Of a DNA stretch of 64,000 nt, positions 1-12,649 are shown one piece after another. The position numbers and the translations under genes were made by a program. The notes beneath the pieces were generated by a model, which saw nothing but the letters and a program-made list of their open reading frames with translations, did not search any database and had not been told where the DNA came from. Each line of letters starts with the position of its first letter. Positions within the stretch are counted from its first letter, which is position 1. Source of the stretch: Octopus sinensis (Eukaryota); NCBI RefSeq assembly GCF_006345805.1, contig NC_043004.1:81840001-81904000 (forward strand). Reading direction: 5' to 3'.

Positions 1-554
1 GAGATTGAATCGGCAGTTTATATTACTGCTGATAAGTTTGGCGCGAATACGTCGGTCTTGAAAATTTTAAGACAGATATTCCGGAGGCATCGATACAGAC
101 GCCTCGTGTATATTTGTCTCTCCCAGGTTTTTTACTGATGAAGTGTGACCTATGGTAGATTGGCTTATTTAATTTAATTAAGCTAATTTAATCATTAATA
201 ACACAGAAACGATGCATCGTCTAAAAGATGAATTAGGGTAATGTTTTTTTAAATTTTCACCTAATTTCTGAATTACTACTACTTGGCGGTGTGAGTTATG
301 GCTGCTCTTTCTGGTGTGGACGAATGGCCTGTTAAGGTCACTCCTAAATTGTTATATTTATATATTTAGTCTTTGACTATTTTCTCTTTTCCACTAGGCC
401 GCTGGTAGCGATAAATTTCTATTGAATTTTTTGCTACCCTAAATTGACTAATATATATATATATATATATTTATTGTGTGAAATTTGATTTAGTATTTCT
501 AAATTGAATTTTTTTCCCTGTAAAGTTTGGATTTATATTCGCTCAAATAATTAT

Positions 555-610
<56 letters not shown>

Positions 611-1092
611 GGGTGGAGAAGGTCTTGCGACGCACTGAATGGTGCCAGGTGCTGAAGCTCGTAGTTACTGTCATTGAAGAGAATCCGAAAACAACAGAAA
701 CAATACGAGAAAGTACATCAGAGGATTCACTCTTCCGTTGCATCAAGGAGATTCACCTGCAGCGGATGTCATCGCTGTTGTAGATCAATAACAGGCCTTG
801 TGGCTCTCATGCGAGCCTTCCAGAGGTGATCAATGAACAAGAACGGTCAACGTCGGCCTACGATGGACAGCCGACTTCCTACGCCACCGCTGAGCCTGGA
901 TGCACATTCATCCATCCGTCGATTCTCTCGGTGTCGGGGGTTGACCTGCTTTCTCTTCTGCGGATCTTACGAATAGCAAAGGACCACGTTTCGGACTTCT
1001 CCCACTACTGGGACGAAGACCGCTTCGCTCAACAGCCAAATGATGACAGAGATAACGCTCAGGAACAAAATGATTACAGAAGCTTAATATGA
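611..1092 (+). mobile_element. Possible degenerate Gypsy/LTR pol remnant
   Basis: Non-microsatellite, GC-richer block; the translation TETIRESTSEDSLFRCIKEIHLQR loosely resembles the RNaseH-integrase linker of Gypsy pol. No catalytic motif seen. Confidence 0.25.
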
Positions 1093-1424
1093 GCAAGAAC
1101 TTTGTTCGTATGAATCGATGTTTTAACAGATTTTGGTCGGAATAAAAGACCAGATAGACACAAAATAACGATTCGTTGTCAGAAGAGATACAAAAATGGG
1201 GGAAATAAGAGAAAAATTAGTATCGAGAGCTGATCATGGTTTTGGTTGAAAAACTAAAAAAAAAGTTAAAGAAAGAAAACATCAATAATTGAATAATTAA
1301 TTAGTATCTCGTGTATCATATGCGGCATGTAACTACCACTAAAACCAATAACAAAAGATCATTGAACTTGGTGTGTATATGTGTATGTGTATATATATAT
1401 TATATATATATATTATATATATAT

Positions 1425-1740
1425 AGTGAGAATTTGCAAAAAACAAAAGACGAAGACGGGTGTGTAAACAACGAACAGATGTATTAGTTTAATGTTTAGG
1501 AAGAGAGAAAGTCGTTTACCTTTCGAGCCTAAGCTCTTCAACAGAAAAGAACACACGAATAAACAGGGAGAGAAAACAGAAAAAGGTTTAGTGACCCAAA
1601 AAGTAAGTTTACAGTTATCACATAGGCAACTTAAATTTCTTTTAAAGCATTTCATCACATTTAAATTTCTATCTTACAAACAGAAAAGGGAGCTTGACAA
1701 AATTAACTAAATTAGCATAGAATAATGGTTTCATATTTTA
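1425..1740 (-). mobile_element. Penelope-like element 3' end fragment
   Basis: Adjoins a (TA)n tract; carries a degenerate hammerhead-like motif on the minus strand (CTGTTGA-A-GAGC-ttag-GCTC-GAAA-gg-TA, 1512-1550). Confidence 0.5.
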
Positions 1741-1817
1741 TATAATTAAGATCTAAACTGTTAATATATGATGCGGAAGAGATGGTTGAATAACTAAAAC
1801 TACTTTAGCTACCCTGT

Positions 1818-1885
<68 letters not shown>

Positions 1886-2049
1886 TTTAGATAGAGAGAG
1901 AGAGAGAGAGAGAGATGCATGTATGCATATATATATGTGTGTGTGTATATATATGTATATTTATGCAAATATATATATATATATAATGATGTTTGCATAT
2001 ATTTATATATGTATGTATATATGTATACATACATACACATAAATTATCT

Positions 2050-2230
2050 TTTATATTTTACTTGTTTCAGTGACTAGACTGCGGCCATTCAGGGGCACGG
2101 CTTTATACAATTTTTTACGGGGACGTAAACAAACCAGCATCGCTGCTAAGCGATGTAGAGGGGAATAAACGTAGACAAAAAGACACACACACACACATAC
2201 ACAAGCTTATATATGTTTAAATATACTTCA

Positions 2231-2271
<41 letters not shown>

Positions 2272-2395
2272 ACAGGCTTCTTTCAGTTTCCCTCTAACAA
2301 ATCCATTTCACAAGGCTTTGGTTGTTTTGAGCTATTGTAGGAGACACATGTGCTTGGGAAGTAAACTTTCAACCATACAGCCATGCTTGTTATAT
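2050..2395 (-). mobile_element. SINE family A (tRNA head, internal CA/TA microsatellite), degenerate
   Basis: Reverse complement matches the copies at 41795 and 43710 (cttgtttcagt..gactgcggcc, ggggacgtaaac, ctttcagtttcc, cacaaggctttgg). Confidence 0.75.
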
Positions 2396-2440
2396 ATGTG
2401 TGGTGTGTATGTATGTATGTATGTATGTATGTATGCATGC

Positions 2441-2475
<35 letters not shown>

Positions 2476-2616
2476 AGAGCATGTCTGTAGGGGAGTGAAT
2501 GAGTGAGCGAGCGTGTGTGTGGGGGGGGGAATCAATAAAAATATGATGCGATTGCCGAAACGTCTTGACTAGCGTTTAGTGATTTTGGTTGCCGTGGCTG
2601 TTTGTACGAATCAATA

Positions 2617-2858
2617 CGGAGGTGGTGGGTGTGGTGGTGGTGGTGGTGGTGGTGGTGGTGGTGGTGGTGGGTGTGGTGTGGTGGTGGTGGTGTGGTGGTG
2701 GTGGTGGTGGTGGTGGTGGTGGTGGTGGTGGGTGTGTTTTTTTTTGCGTGTATGGATGTGAGTGTGTGTCCTAGGTTTTGACATTGAAACAGGAGCAGCA
2801 CGTGTGAAGGGAAAATAACAGATAAAACTGAGGAGAAGAAGAAAAAGAAGAAGAAGAA

Positions 2859-2889
<31 letters not shown>

Positions 2890-3175
2890 AAGAAGAAGAA
2901 GAAGAATGTGAAGAAGGAAGAGGGGGAGGAGGAGGAGAATATGGAGGAAGAGGAGGAGGAGAAGAATAAGAAGGGGAGGAGAATATGGAGGAAGAGGGGG
3001 GGAGGGGAGGGAGGTGAATATGGAAGAAGAGGAGGAGGGGAGGGGAGGGGAGGGAGGAGAATATGGAAGAAGAGGAGGAGAGGAGAGTGAGAAGAAGGAG
3101 AAGAAGAAAAAAGAAGAAGAAGAAGAAGAAGAGCAGCAACAACAACGACCACGACCACGACAACACCAACTGTAC
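2617..3175. repeat. Compound microsatellite (GGT)n, (GAA/GGA)n, (CAA/CGA)n
   Basis: Directly visible; source of the poly-G/V/W/E/K ORFs in the track. Confidence 0.95.
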
Positions 3176-3482
3176 TTGGGATCCTGGAAGCTTCGGAGGC
3201 AATACTAAAAGTCTCTCTTCAGCAGCAGAGTCAAATACCAGGAAACTAAAGTATTAGAACTGCAAAACAAAACTATTCCTCTCCTGGCTGCTGGCTACGA
3301 CCTAAGACAAATATTATCAGGCTGATAATGCTGATTCTCTCAGAACTGTTTCTGAACGGAAATATTACAAATTTAACACCAGTTTGGCGCTCAGAATCTA
3401 AGAACCTTTCTCTGCGGTCTCTGGTCAAAACTTGGAACAGTTTGTACAACACAGAGCAACAACAATGTAAATAATAGTGTTT

Positions 3483-3759
3483 GTCATCCCAGTAGTTCAT
3501 TTAAGGGCAATCGAAGCACTGACAACCAGGTTCGAGAAATATGTCATAGAAATCGGAATTGACGTGAGAGCAGGGCAAGCCCAAAGGACTGCTCTGCTGG
3601 GGACAGCTAGGATTTTGAGATTGGTACTTGGATGTTGAATGCCCCCCTACGATAATTAACAGCCAACTATCAAAGCTTATAATGTGCAGAAACCTATGAA
3701 ACCCATGACAACAGGCTACTGTCTACTCCCACAGAATCAACCAGAGCAAACAAGACCGA

Positions 3760-3760
<1 letters not shown>
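3483..3760 (+). mobile_element. R4/Dong-type LINE 3' fragment (family 2)
   Basis: VIPVVHLRAIEALTTRFEKYVIEIGIDVRAGQAQRTALLGTARILRLVLGC* (stop 3636-3638), a typical RLE-LINE C-terminus; 3'UTR followed by (AAT)n 3761-3877. Confidence 0.8.
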
Positions 3761-3791
<31 letters not shown>

Positions 3792-3834
3792 TAATAATAA
3801 TAATATATAATAATAATAGTATATAATAATAATA

Positions 3835-3877
<43 letters not shown>

Positions 3878-3879
<2 letters not shown>

Positions 3880-3964
3880 GAAGACCCGGAGACGTTTAAG
3901 AAGAGACACCGGGGACGTTTAAAGAAAGACACCGGGGAGTTTTAAAGAGACACCGGGGACGTTT
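3878..3964 (+). repeat. Four tandem 20-23 bp repeats at the element 5' end (aa[a]gaagagacaccggggacgttt)
   Basis: Units at 3878, 3898, 3921, 3944, read directly. Confidence 0.9.
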
Positions 3965-4118
3965 AAGATGTAAGAAGGAAAATGCAGAGCTCCGAAATCT
4001 ATCCACAAACATCGAAAACAAGGACACCCTATGGAGCCAAAGATTTACTAACAAAGAATTGGACTAATCCGAGTAAGTAATATCGAATTGAAAAATTTAT
4101 TACTATTTTCGAAACGAA

Positions 4119-7100
4119 ATGAGAGATGTATTTGGACTCGATATTATCTCCACCTCTAACACAACACATGTAAACATGCGTGGAACAACACGATCATCCC
4201 CGACCTCAAAAACACCATGTACAAAGGAAATACGAAGAAAACGAAAATTAAATGCCACCGATACTATTCACCCAAGAATAGCAATCGAGCGGTACGTACA
4301 TTAAACCTATAACAAAAAATGTACGAAAACTACACGTGCGAAAATAATGTGACAACAGAAATAAACGGACCGGTACCCTACGAAAATGACGACCGTCAAA
4401 ATAATGGGCCGGACGTTGTACCTCATGTCCCGCAATTAAAACCCAAAAGACGTAAATGGAGCAACGTGAGGAATACATTTCTATCTTACACGCATACTTC
4501 ACAGCAATGCTCTACCCACAAAATGAAAATACAACAACACATACATATAAAATATGGAAGAAAAAAATAAAGAGATATAGACTTGGATACAGCAATGAAC
4601 CCTAATAAATTAGCTAACGTAAGAAGATACATTCTCAAAGCAACAAAAAGATAGACAGAAATAGAAAATAGAACATTATAAAAGAAAAAATACACCAGGA
4701 AAATGTAGATAGAAGCCACACAACAATGCCCAATAATATAAACACTGAAACTGTAAAACACGAAGACAAACGCAACATTCCCAACAAAACACGATGTAAA
4801 CAACGAAGGGGAGCCTAATGATTATGATAATATAAAAAATAAAATAATCAAAGAACTGAAACCACAGAGCTCACAATGGACCACCGACCATACCTCCCAA
4901 GAATCAAAATAAACAAAATAACAACACACCTATTATAAACAACATAAACCTAGCCGTCACTGAACTAGCCATGAAACAAAAAAGTGATATCACTGAGCTA
5001 AATAACCTAATATACGCAGCAGCCACTGCAGCCACAAAAGAAGCTGGATACTCACCCAAACCCGCCCAACAGGAGTACCACCACCCAAACAAACCCTGTG
5101 GATAAATAACATCCAAACCAAATTAAAAAAATTAGAAAAGACCTGTCGATTCTTAATGAAATCAGCAAACAAGCAACGCTACTGAGCAACAAAAAGAGAA
5201 CAAAAATGCTCCGCAAATATAACATCACAGAAAAAGATTTGCCGGAGATAAAAGAAAAGTTGAAGCAAGATATCCTTGCCAAAGCTCAAAGGATCCGCCG
5301 GTACGAGAAACGCCAAAAGCTTCTTTGAACAGAACAAAAAGTCAACTCCGACCCCAAAAAAAAGTTTACAAGAAACGGGCAAAATAAAATAGAAGTCACT
5401 GCATCACCAACGGCAGAACAACTGGAGGTCACCCAGGCACTGCAAAACTAAGCAACTGGAAGGCACCTGGGCATGACAAGATCCACAACTTCTGGTTGAA
5501 ATATCTAACAGGAATGCACAAAAAGCTGGCTGAAAAATTTAACAGCATACTAGCAGAGCCAGAGACAATGCCTGAATGGCTCACGAAGGGGAAAACCATC
5601 TTAATTCCCCAAATCAAATGAAACAACAAAACCAGAAAACTACAGACCAATAACCTGCCTCCCTACTATGTTCAAGGCATTTACTGCAGTGATATCGCAA
5701 AGGCTGAACAAGCACCTGGACGAAAACAAATGTTCCCAGAAGAGCAGAGAAAGGATGCCGCAAGGGCTCATATGGCTGTAAAGATCAACTAATGATTAAT
5801 AAAGCCGTAACTGAAGACAGCCACAGAAAGAAGGAAAGGCCTCAGTATGGCCTGGATTGACTACAAAAAGGCGTTTGATAGCATCCCCAACACATGGATC
5901 CTCGAAACACTAGCCATTAACAAAGTAGCACCAACAATCATAAAATTCATAGAGCACTCTATGAATAAATGGCAAACAGTCCTACACCTCCAAACAAAAG
6001 AGGGACTCATGAAAACCAAAGACATCCCCATTAGAAGAGGAATATTCCAGGGAGACACGCTCTCTCCACTCCTTTCTGCTTGGCACTGTCACCTCTATCT
6101 GATATGCTAAATAGAACTGGATGCGGATATAAATGTTACGGCAAAACGATCAGCCACCTTTTATATATGGATGACCTAAAATATACGCTGCAATGACAAA
6201 ACAGCTGGAAACACTATTAAAGACAGTTCATGGATTTACCAAAGAAATAGATATGAAATTTGGATTAGATTAGAAAAATGCGCCAAAAGTAACCATGAAA
6301 AGAGGAAAACTAGTTAAGAGTAACAACATCACACTAGATAAAACCAATGAAATAAAAGAATAGACCAAAGCCAAACTTACAAATACTTAGGAATCCATGA
6401 ACTAGATAAGACACAACACACACAAATGAAAGAGAAAATAAAAAAAGAATATTATAGACGAGTTAGATCAATACTAAAAACAGAGCTCAATGCTAAAAAC
6501 AAGATAATAGGTATCAAACTTTAGCTGTCCCAGTTATAAGTTACAGCTACAATATCCTTAACTGGACACGAAATGAACTGTCCAAAATAGATAGGAAAAC
6601 AAGAAAATACTGACAGGATCTAGGATGCATCACCCAAAATCTGACATAGAAAGACTATATATACAACGTATAGAAGGTGGTAGAGGCCTTATACAGCTGG
6701 AAAACTACTATAAAATAACCACCATAGGACTACAAAAATACCTACTTCAGAAGGAAGGAAAACTGATCCAGATAGCAGCAAAACACGAGCAAAACAAAAA
6801 ACTGTTCTCAGTATTTAAGGAAGCTGACAAATACAAACAAGAAATCATACCACCTAATAAACACAAAGAAGAAGAAGAAGATGATGAAGAAACAAAAAAA
6901 GCTATAAAACAAATGAAAATCCAAACTAAAAATAGAACAGCAACGAGCCATGATAAAACGATGGCAAGAAAAACCCCTTCATGGTAAATACTGCACTAAA
7001 ACTAAACGCAAAAGAAATAGACAAAGAAAAATCCCAGCAATGGTTGAGAAGCTCAGGACTCAAAGCAGAAACAGAAGGGATTTTTAATTGCACAAGACCA

Positions 7101-7729
7101 AAGCCTCCCCACCAGAAATTACCAAAAACATGTAATGAAAAGAAATATTACAAGTAACTGCAGAATATGTGGAGATGGACAAGAAACAATAAATCATATT
7201 ATCTCTAGCTGCCCAGTCCTGGCTAAGAAGGAATATATTCACAGACATGACAGAGTTGGAACCTACATACATTGGAAGCTATGCCAACATTATGGAATAA
7301 CAACAGAAAAAAGATGGTATAGGCACACACCAGAAAAGGTCACAGAAAACGAGAAAGCAACCATACTCTGGGATATGCCGATACACACAGATAGAGAAAT
7401 TAAGGCCAACAGACCAGATATAGTTGTCAGAGATCATGAAGAAAAAAATGCTTTCTAATTGATGTATCAATACCGGCAGATGACAACGTGTCTCTAAAAG
7501 AAATGGAGAAAACTCTCAAAATACAAAGACCTGGAAGTAGAGGTAACTAGAATGTGGAACCTGAAAACAGAAACAATTCCTATCATAGTAGGTGCATTAG
7601 GCATGATAAAAAAATATTCAGACAAATACATAACAAAAAACACCAGGACTTACAAACACATATAACATACAGAAAATTGCACTACTAGGCACTGCACACA
7701 TCCTACGCAGAACACTTTCCATACAATAA
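4119..7729 (+). pseudogene. Disrupted single ORF: RT, CCHC knuckle, restriction-like endonuclease
   Basis: Consecutive ORF-track pieces (4119, 4319, 5847, 6625, 7135) join across frameshifts into one polyprotein; the start codon is a guess. Confidence 0.85.
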
Positions 7730-7880
7730 CCATCAGAGCATCACAACAAATCATAGCACATACCCAAGGCACACAGAGCTGCGCTCGGTAGTGAAGTGAA
7801 AGCACGCTATAAAAATAAAACTACTGAATAATAATAATAATAATAATAATGATGATGTGATGATGATGATGATGATGATG

Positions 7881-7943
<63 letters not shown>

Positions 7944-8754
7944 GGTTTCATATTAGCTGCTCAAGACCAAAGCTTATTAACCCGGACTACCAAGCCAATG
8001 TGATAAAAAATGGAGCTGACCCAAAATGCCGATTCTGTAACGATGAGATTGAAACAATAGACCACCTAATCTCAGGGTGTAGAGTCTTATCCCCTGTAGA
8101 ATATGAAGCTAGATATGACAGAGTCGGCCAGTATTTACATTGGACAATATGCCGGCGTTATAAAATCAATACCGCTGACAAATGATCCTGAAGCTGTGAC
8201 TGAGGGAGAAAATGTGTCGATTCTATGGGACTTCCCCGTACAGACCGACAAAACTATAAAAGCTAATAAACCGGATTTTATTATAAAAGATCAGACAAAA
8301 AAGATGTGTTTATTAATTGACATGAGTATTCCTTGCGATCACAATATAGCGGCGAAAGAATTTGACAAGATTAGTAAATATAAAGACTTGCTGATAGAAA
8401 TTGAAAAAATGTGGCATTTCAAGGCGACTACAGTACCAGTGATTGTAGGATCTCTAGGAATGATAAAAAAAGGTACTGAAACATATTTGAAAATGATTCC
8501 AGGCTTACCATCCCTACAGGAAGTGCAAAAAATCGTATTAACTGGAACGGCTCATGTACTGAGAAGAGCATTATCGGTGTGAAAATAACATCCATCCATG
8601 AATTTATTTATTTATTAATTTTTTAAATACATATTTCGTCTGTGAATTTGCACGTGTAATCTGAGAATGCATACAATGAGCTTCTCTGCCCTAGGTGTTT
8701 GGAAAACACTCGGCTAGAAACGGAAGAAAATTTGAAGAAAGAAGAAAAAATATA
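7944..8754 (+). mobile_element. R4/Dong-type LINE, 5'-truncated (family 3)
   Basis: GFILAAQDQ; CRFCNDEIETIDHLISGC; NKPDFIIKD..IDMSIP..KYKDL; KIVLTGTAHVLRRALSV* (8582); (AAT)n tail. Confidence 0.92.
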
Positions 8755-8804
<50 letters not shown>

Positions 8805-8805
<1 letters not shown>

Positions 8806-9299
8806 CCAGAAAAGGTCACAGAAAACGAAAAAGCAACCATACTCTGGGATATGCCGATACACACAGATAGAGAAATTAAGGCCAACAGACCAGATATAGT
8901 GTCAGAGATCATGAAGAAAAAAAATGCTTTCTAATTGATGTATCAATACCGGCAGATGACAACGTGTCTCTAAAAGAAATGGAGAAACTTTCTAAATACA
9001 AAGACCTGGAAATGGAGGTGGTAACCAGAATGTGGAATTATAAAACAGAAACAATTTCTATCATAGTAGGTGCATTAGGCATGATAAAAAAATATTCAGA
9101 CAAATACATAACAAAAACACCAGACTTACAAACACATATAACATACAGAAAATTGCACTACTAGGCACTGCACACATCCTACGCAGAACACTTTCCATAC
9201 AATAACCATCAGAGCATCACAAAAAATCACAGCACATACCCAAGGCACACAGAGCTGCGCTCGGTAGTGAAGTGAAAGCACGCTATAAAAATAAAACTA

Positions 9300-9302
<3 letters not shown>
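8805..9302 (+). mobile_element. R4/Dong family 1, 5'-truncated copy
   Basis: Closely matches 7329-7826; flanked by (AAT)n. Confidence 0.95.
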
Positions 9303-9351
<49 letters not shown>

Positions 9352-9518
9352 TTTATAGGATTGAGGTAACACCTCCAGAAGATATAGAAGCAAATAAAAG
9401 CGATAAGAGTGCCATTGTCATCAAGTGAACGACATCTTGTGTGTCTTCCACGGGTTCAAAAAAAAATTTAATAATAATAATAATAATAATGATAATAATA
9501 GTAATAATAATGATAATA

Positions 9519-9578
<60 letters not shown>

Positions 9579-9749
9579 TAAAATAATAATAATAATAGAT
9601 AAGTAAATAGAAGAAACGTCAATAAATAAGAGATCGGGTTTCGGCAATACACGTATACACACACATACACACACAGAGACACACCCACACACACACCACA
9701 CACACACCACACACATACACACACACACACCACACACACCACAACATAC

Positions 9750-9780
<31 letters not shown>

Positions 9781-9788
9781 ATATATAT

Positions 9789-9835
<47 letters not shown>

Positions 9836-10330
9836 TGAAATGAAATCAAATAAACACAAGATTCCACGAGAGATTTTAATTCCAAATTTTATCCCGAATG
9901 TCTTAACTAAATCCACTATCTGTTTGCACTAAAAATTCTATTTGATCTACATTCTCTGTAAACAGCATTCAAGTCAACTATAAATAGAAAAATTGATTGG
10001 TTTTAATGCTACTCGCTTTTATAACTCTTTCGTTCTTTATTTCCATTCCCTCACCATTCCCTTCGATAATTTTGCAGGTATCACTTAAAAGTTTGCATTA
10101 TAGAAACTAAAGCAAGAGGTGGTAATCTTATTCCGTCAACGTGGAATACTATTTGTTCGTATGTGTGTTTATATTCTTTTATTCTGTTATTCTTGTACCG
10201 GATTCAGTCATTGGACTTGCAGCCATATTGGAAAAGTGTCTTGAAGTGTTTAGTCAAATAAATTTTTCCCAATGTTTGTTTATCGTTTTTCTTTCCATTT
10301 TTTTTGTCTTTTATTGACGTATACTATTCA

Positions 10331-10547
10331 CGAGTGTGTGGTGAAAAGTTCCTGGCTTTGAGTAAAAGAAAATACAGGAGGATCAGTTAATTATGATTTT
10401 ATTCAACATATTCCTCACTCAAATTCACAACTTGCTTCAGCGGTCCTTGAGATTTTCTGAGTCCTGATAAAAGAAATTGGAATGTTGGACCTTCAACCAG
10501 GCTTTTCGTGACACTCTTAAAGCCAAGAACTTTTCGGCAACCCTTTG
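10331..10547. mobile_element. Mariner-type MITE
   Basis: Imperfect TIRs cgagtgtgtggtgaaaagttcctggcttt / aaagccaagaacttttcggcaaccctttg followed by TA; about 217 bp, non-coding. Confidence 0.7.
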
Positions 10548-10736
10548 TATTGTATCGGCTTCTTATGCTGAACTGGTAAAATACGGGGTCATAAACAAAC
10601 CAACACTGTTGTCAAGCGGTGCAGAGACAAACGCAAAGATACGCACGCACATGTGCACTTACTGTTTGAAAGATAATAATTTCATTATTGAAGAATGGAC
10701 TGAACAACACAGAAAGAGACACGTGGGATGGAAGGT

Positions 10737-11154
10737 GGATCTTTTCGGTTTGACCGGCAGTTTTTTCTAGCGGTGTCATATGAAATTGTTACCCATAATT
10801 ATGACCCTAGAATCGATCTATTGCATTTCAATCTGTTTTAGGGTTAGGGTTAGAGTTAGAGTTAGAGGTGGGGGGAAGGGTATCTTTTTTTCTTCAGAAA
10901 TGTAAATAAACCCAATCTGTTTCTTAAATGAGAGACATATTCATACAGCACAGAATGTTTTCACCTCAATAGACGTCATTGATTGGTTGAAATTGCAGAA
11001 AAAATAATAAATATCTTACAAACTATAGAATTTTCTCAATAAGGCCAAGAGAAAAAGATGTTTTATAAACACATTCTACCAGTATACGAAGTTTAAAAAT
11101 GTTTAGTTACGTGGAAATTGTTTTAAAAAACTGCCGGTCAAACCGAAAAGATCC
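10737..11154. mobile_element. MITE with 30-bp perfect TIRs and internal telomere-like repeats
   Basis: ggatcttttcggtttgaccggcagtttttt (10737-10766) is the exact reverse complement of 11125-11154; TTAGGG x2 plus TTAGAG x3 at 10838-10867. Confidence 0.9.
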
Positions 11155-11221
11155 TAGAGGGTCACTGAAGAGGTCAGAGGCTGTGTGCAGCAAGTGTACA
11201 ACTGCAAAAAAGGATTATTAT

Positions 11222-11395
11222 TAAGCGCGGCGAACTGGCAGAATCGTAAGAGCGTAGTGAAAAAAATACGCTTTACGGTATTTTTATGTACTGAGTTCGA
11301 ATCCCACCGAGGTTGACTTTGCTTTCATCTTGCTGAGATCGATGAAACTAAGCAGCGGTTTAATACTGCAGTTGACTAACTGTCCACTCTTCAAA
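11222..11395 (+). mobile_element. SINE family B, degenerate
   Basis: ggcgaactggcagaatcg head, gagttcgaatcc B box, gaggttgactttgc core. Confidence 0.7.
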
Positions 11396-12085
11396 AATTT
11401 CTTAAATCAGAAATCATTACTTTTAATAATATATTATGAGAAGCATAATTATTGTTTCTTATTTAGGTCCAAAGCCTATAAATTTTTCGTGGAGGGAGCC
11501 AGTAGATGTTATAGCTCCCAGCACTTATTTGCGGCTTTATTTTCTCTGTCCCCGGGATGGAGGTGGGGGAATGGCGTAGGTGACCACAGTGGGATACAAA
11601 AATCAGAATACGAAGAACAAATGCCGCACCGCATTTTGTACGAGCCGCTAGGGGGTAATGCGAATCTACTACAGCAAAATTATAACAATGTGGGGAGGAT
11701 GTGAAGAGAGTGTGGGAGGATGGGTTGGGCGGGAGGGGAGGAGAGGAGATTGGAGGAGGAGGACAACGAGGAGGAAGAGGAGGAGGAGGAAGAGAAGAGG
11801 AGAAGGAGGGGAGAAAGTAGGAGGAAGAGAAGAGGAGAAGGAGGAGAGAAAGTAGGAGGAGGAGGAGGAGATTAGTGAAGATTGGAAGAGGTTGGAGGGG
11901 ATTGGAGGAGGTTGGGGGAGATTGGAGGCGGATGAGATTGGAGGAAGAGAAGGAAAGATTTCGGGCATTTACGGTCGTTGTTAATATACATGTATACAAT
12001 TATGTGCGTTGACTGCAGCATCAGAGCACTTTAGCTTTTATTTCTAGCATTGCAGGTGTTCTAACACCCTCTGTCATTTTTCATG

Positions 12086-12213
<128 letters not shown>

Positions 12214-12219
12214 TGTAGG

Positions 12220-12266
<47 letters not shown>

Positions 12267-12289
12267 TGTGTGTGCGTATGTATGTATAT

Positions 12290-12585
12290 TCGTTTAGATA
12301 TGTCAGGTCACTTTCGAGTGCTACTGTTGCATGGTCGGGTCGTCGGCGACTAAACCGGCAACCCCACCAAGCTTGCTTAGTGAGGAGGGTGTTTATTGGA
12401 CACCCAGCGGGATGAAAAACAAAACCCGTCAAAGGGCGGAGGAACTCTTGAGAGTCAACGGCCATCCAATAAATGTCTTAAGACTGTATCGTGTGCAGGG
12501 ACATAGAAATAATCGTACTGAATATCCGATCGCGCGGTTAAACCATTGGGAGTGAAGGACTCCTAGCCTTTGTTAGGGCATCCTA
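12290..12585 (+). mobile_element. Unclassified interspersed repeat, possibly a LINE (RTE) 5'UTR
   Basis: GC-rich, hairpin-rich non-coding block between microsatellites; family assignment from recall only. Confidence 0.3.
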
Positions 12586-12649
12586 CACACATACATACAT
12601 GCATATACATACACGTATACGAACAAACACATGTATATACATATATGAT

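Larger units (their letters stand above)
3878..7826 (+). mobile_element. Near full-length R4/Dong-clade non-LTR retrotransposon (family 1), frameshifted
   Basis: RT motifs WIDYKKAFDSIP, RRGIFQGDTLSPL, YMDD (6164-6175), HPKSDIERLY; CCHC knuckle CRICGDGQETINHIISSC (7159-7212); RLE motif RPDIVVRD..IDVSIP..KYKDL; stop 7727-7729; (AAT)n on both sides. Confidence 0.95.

Noticed and set aside
3878-3964. Short regularly spaced repeats resembling a CRISPR array
   Set aside because: No unique spacers, eukaryotic context, no cas genes; they are the 5' end of a LINE.
10070-10170. Splice acceptor ttttgcag and possible exon
   Set aside because: No recognisable peptide or convincing donor; such motifs are common in AT-rich DNA.
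10838-10867. Telomere or chromosome-fusion scar
   Set aside because: Only two perfect units, and they lie inside a TIR-bounded element.
12290-12585. HDV-like ribozyme in a putative LINE 5'UTR
   Set aside because: Only simple hairpins found; the nested double pseudoknot could not be fitted by eye.
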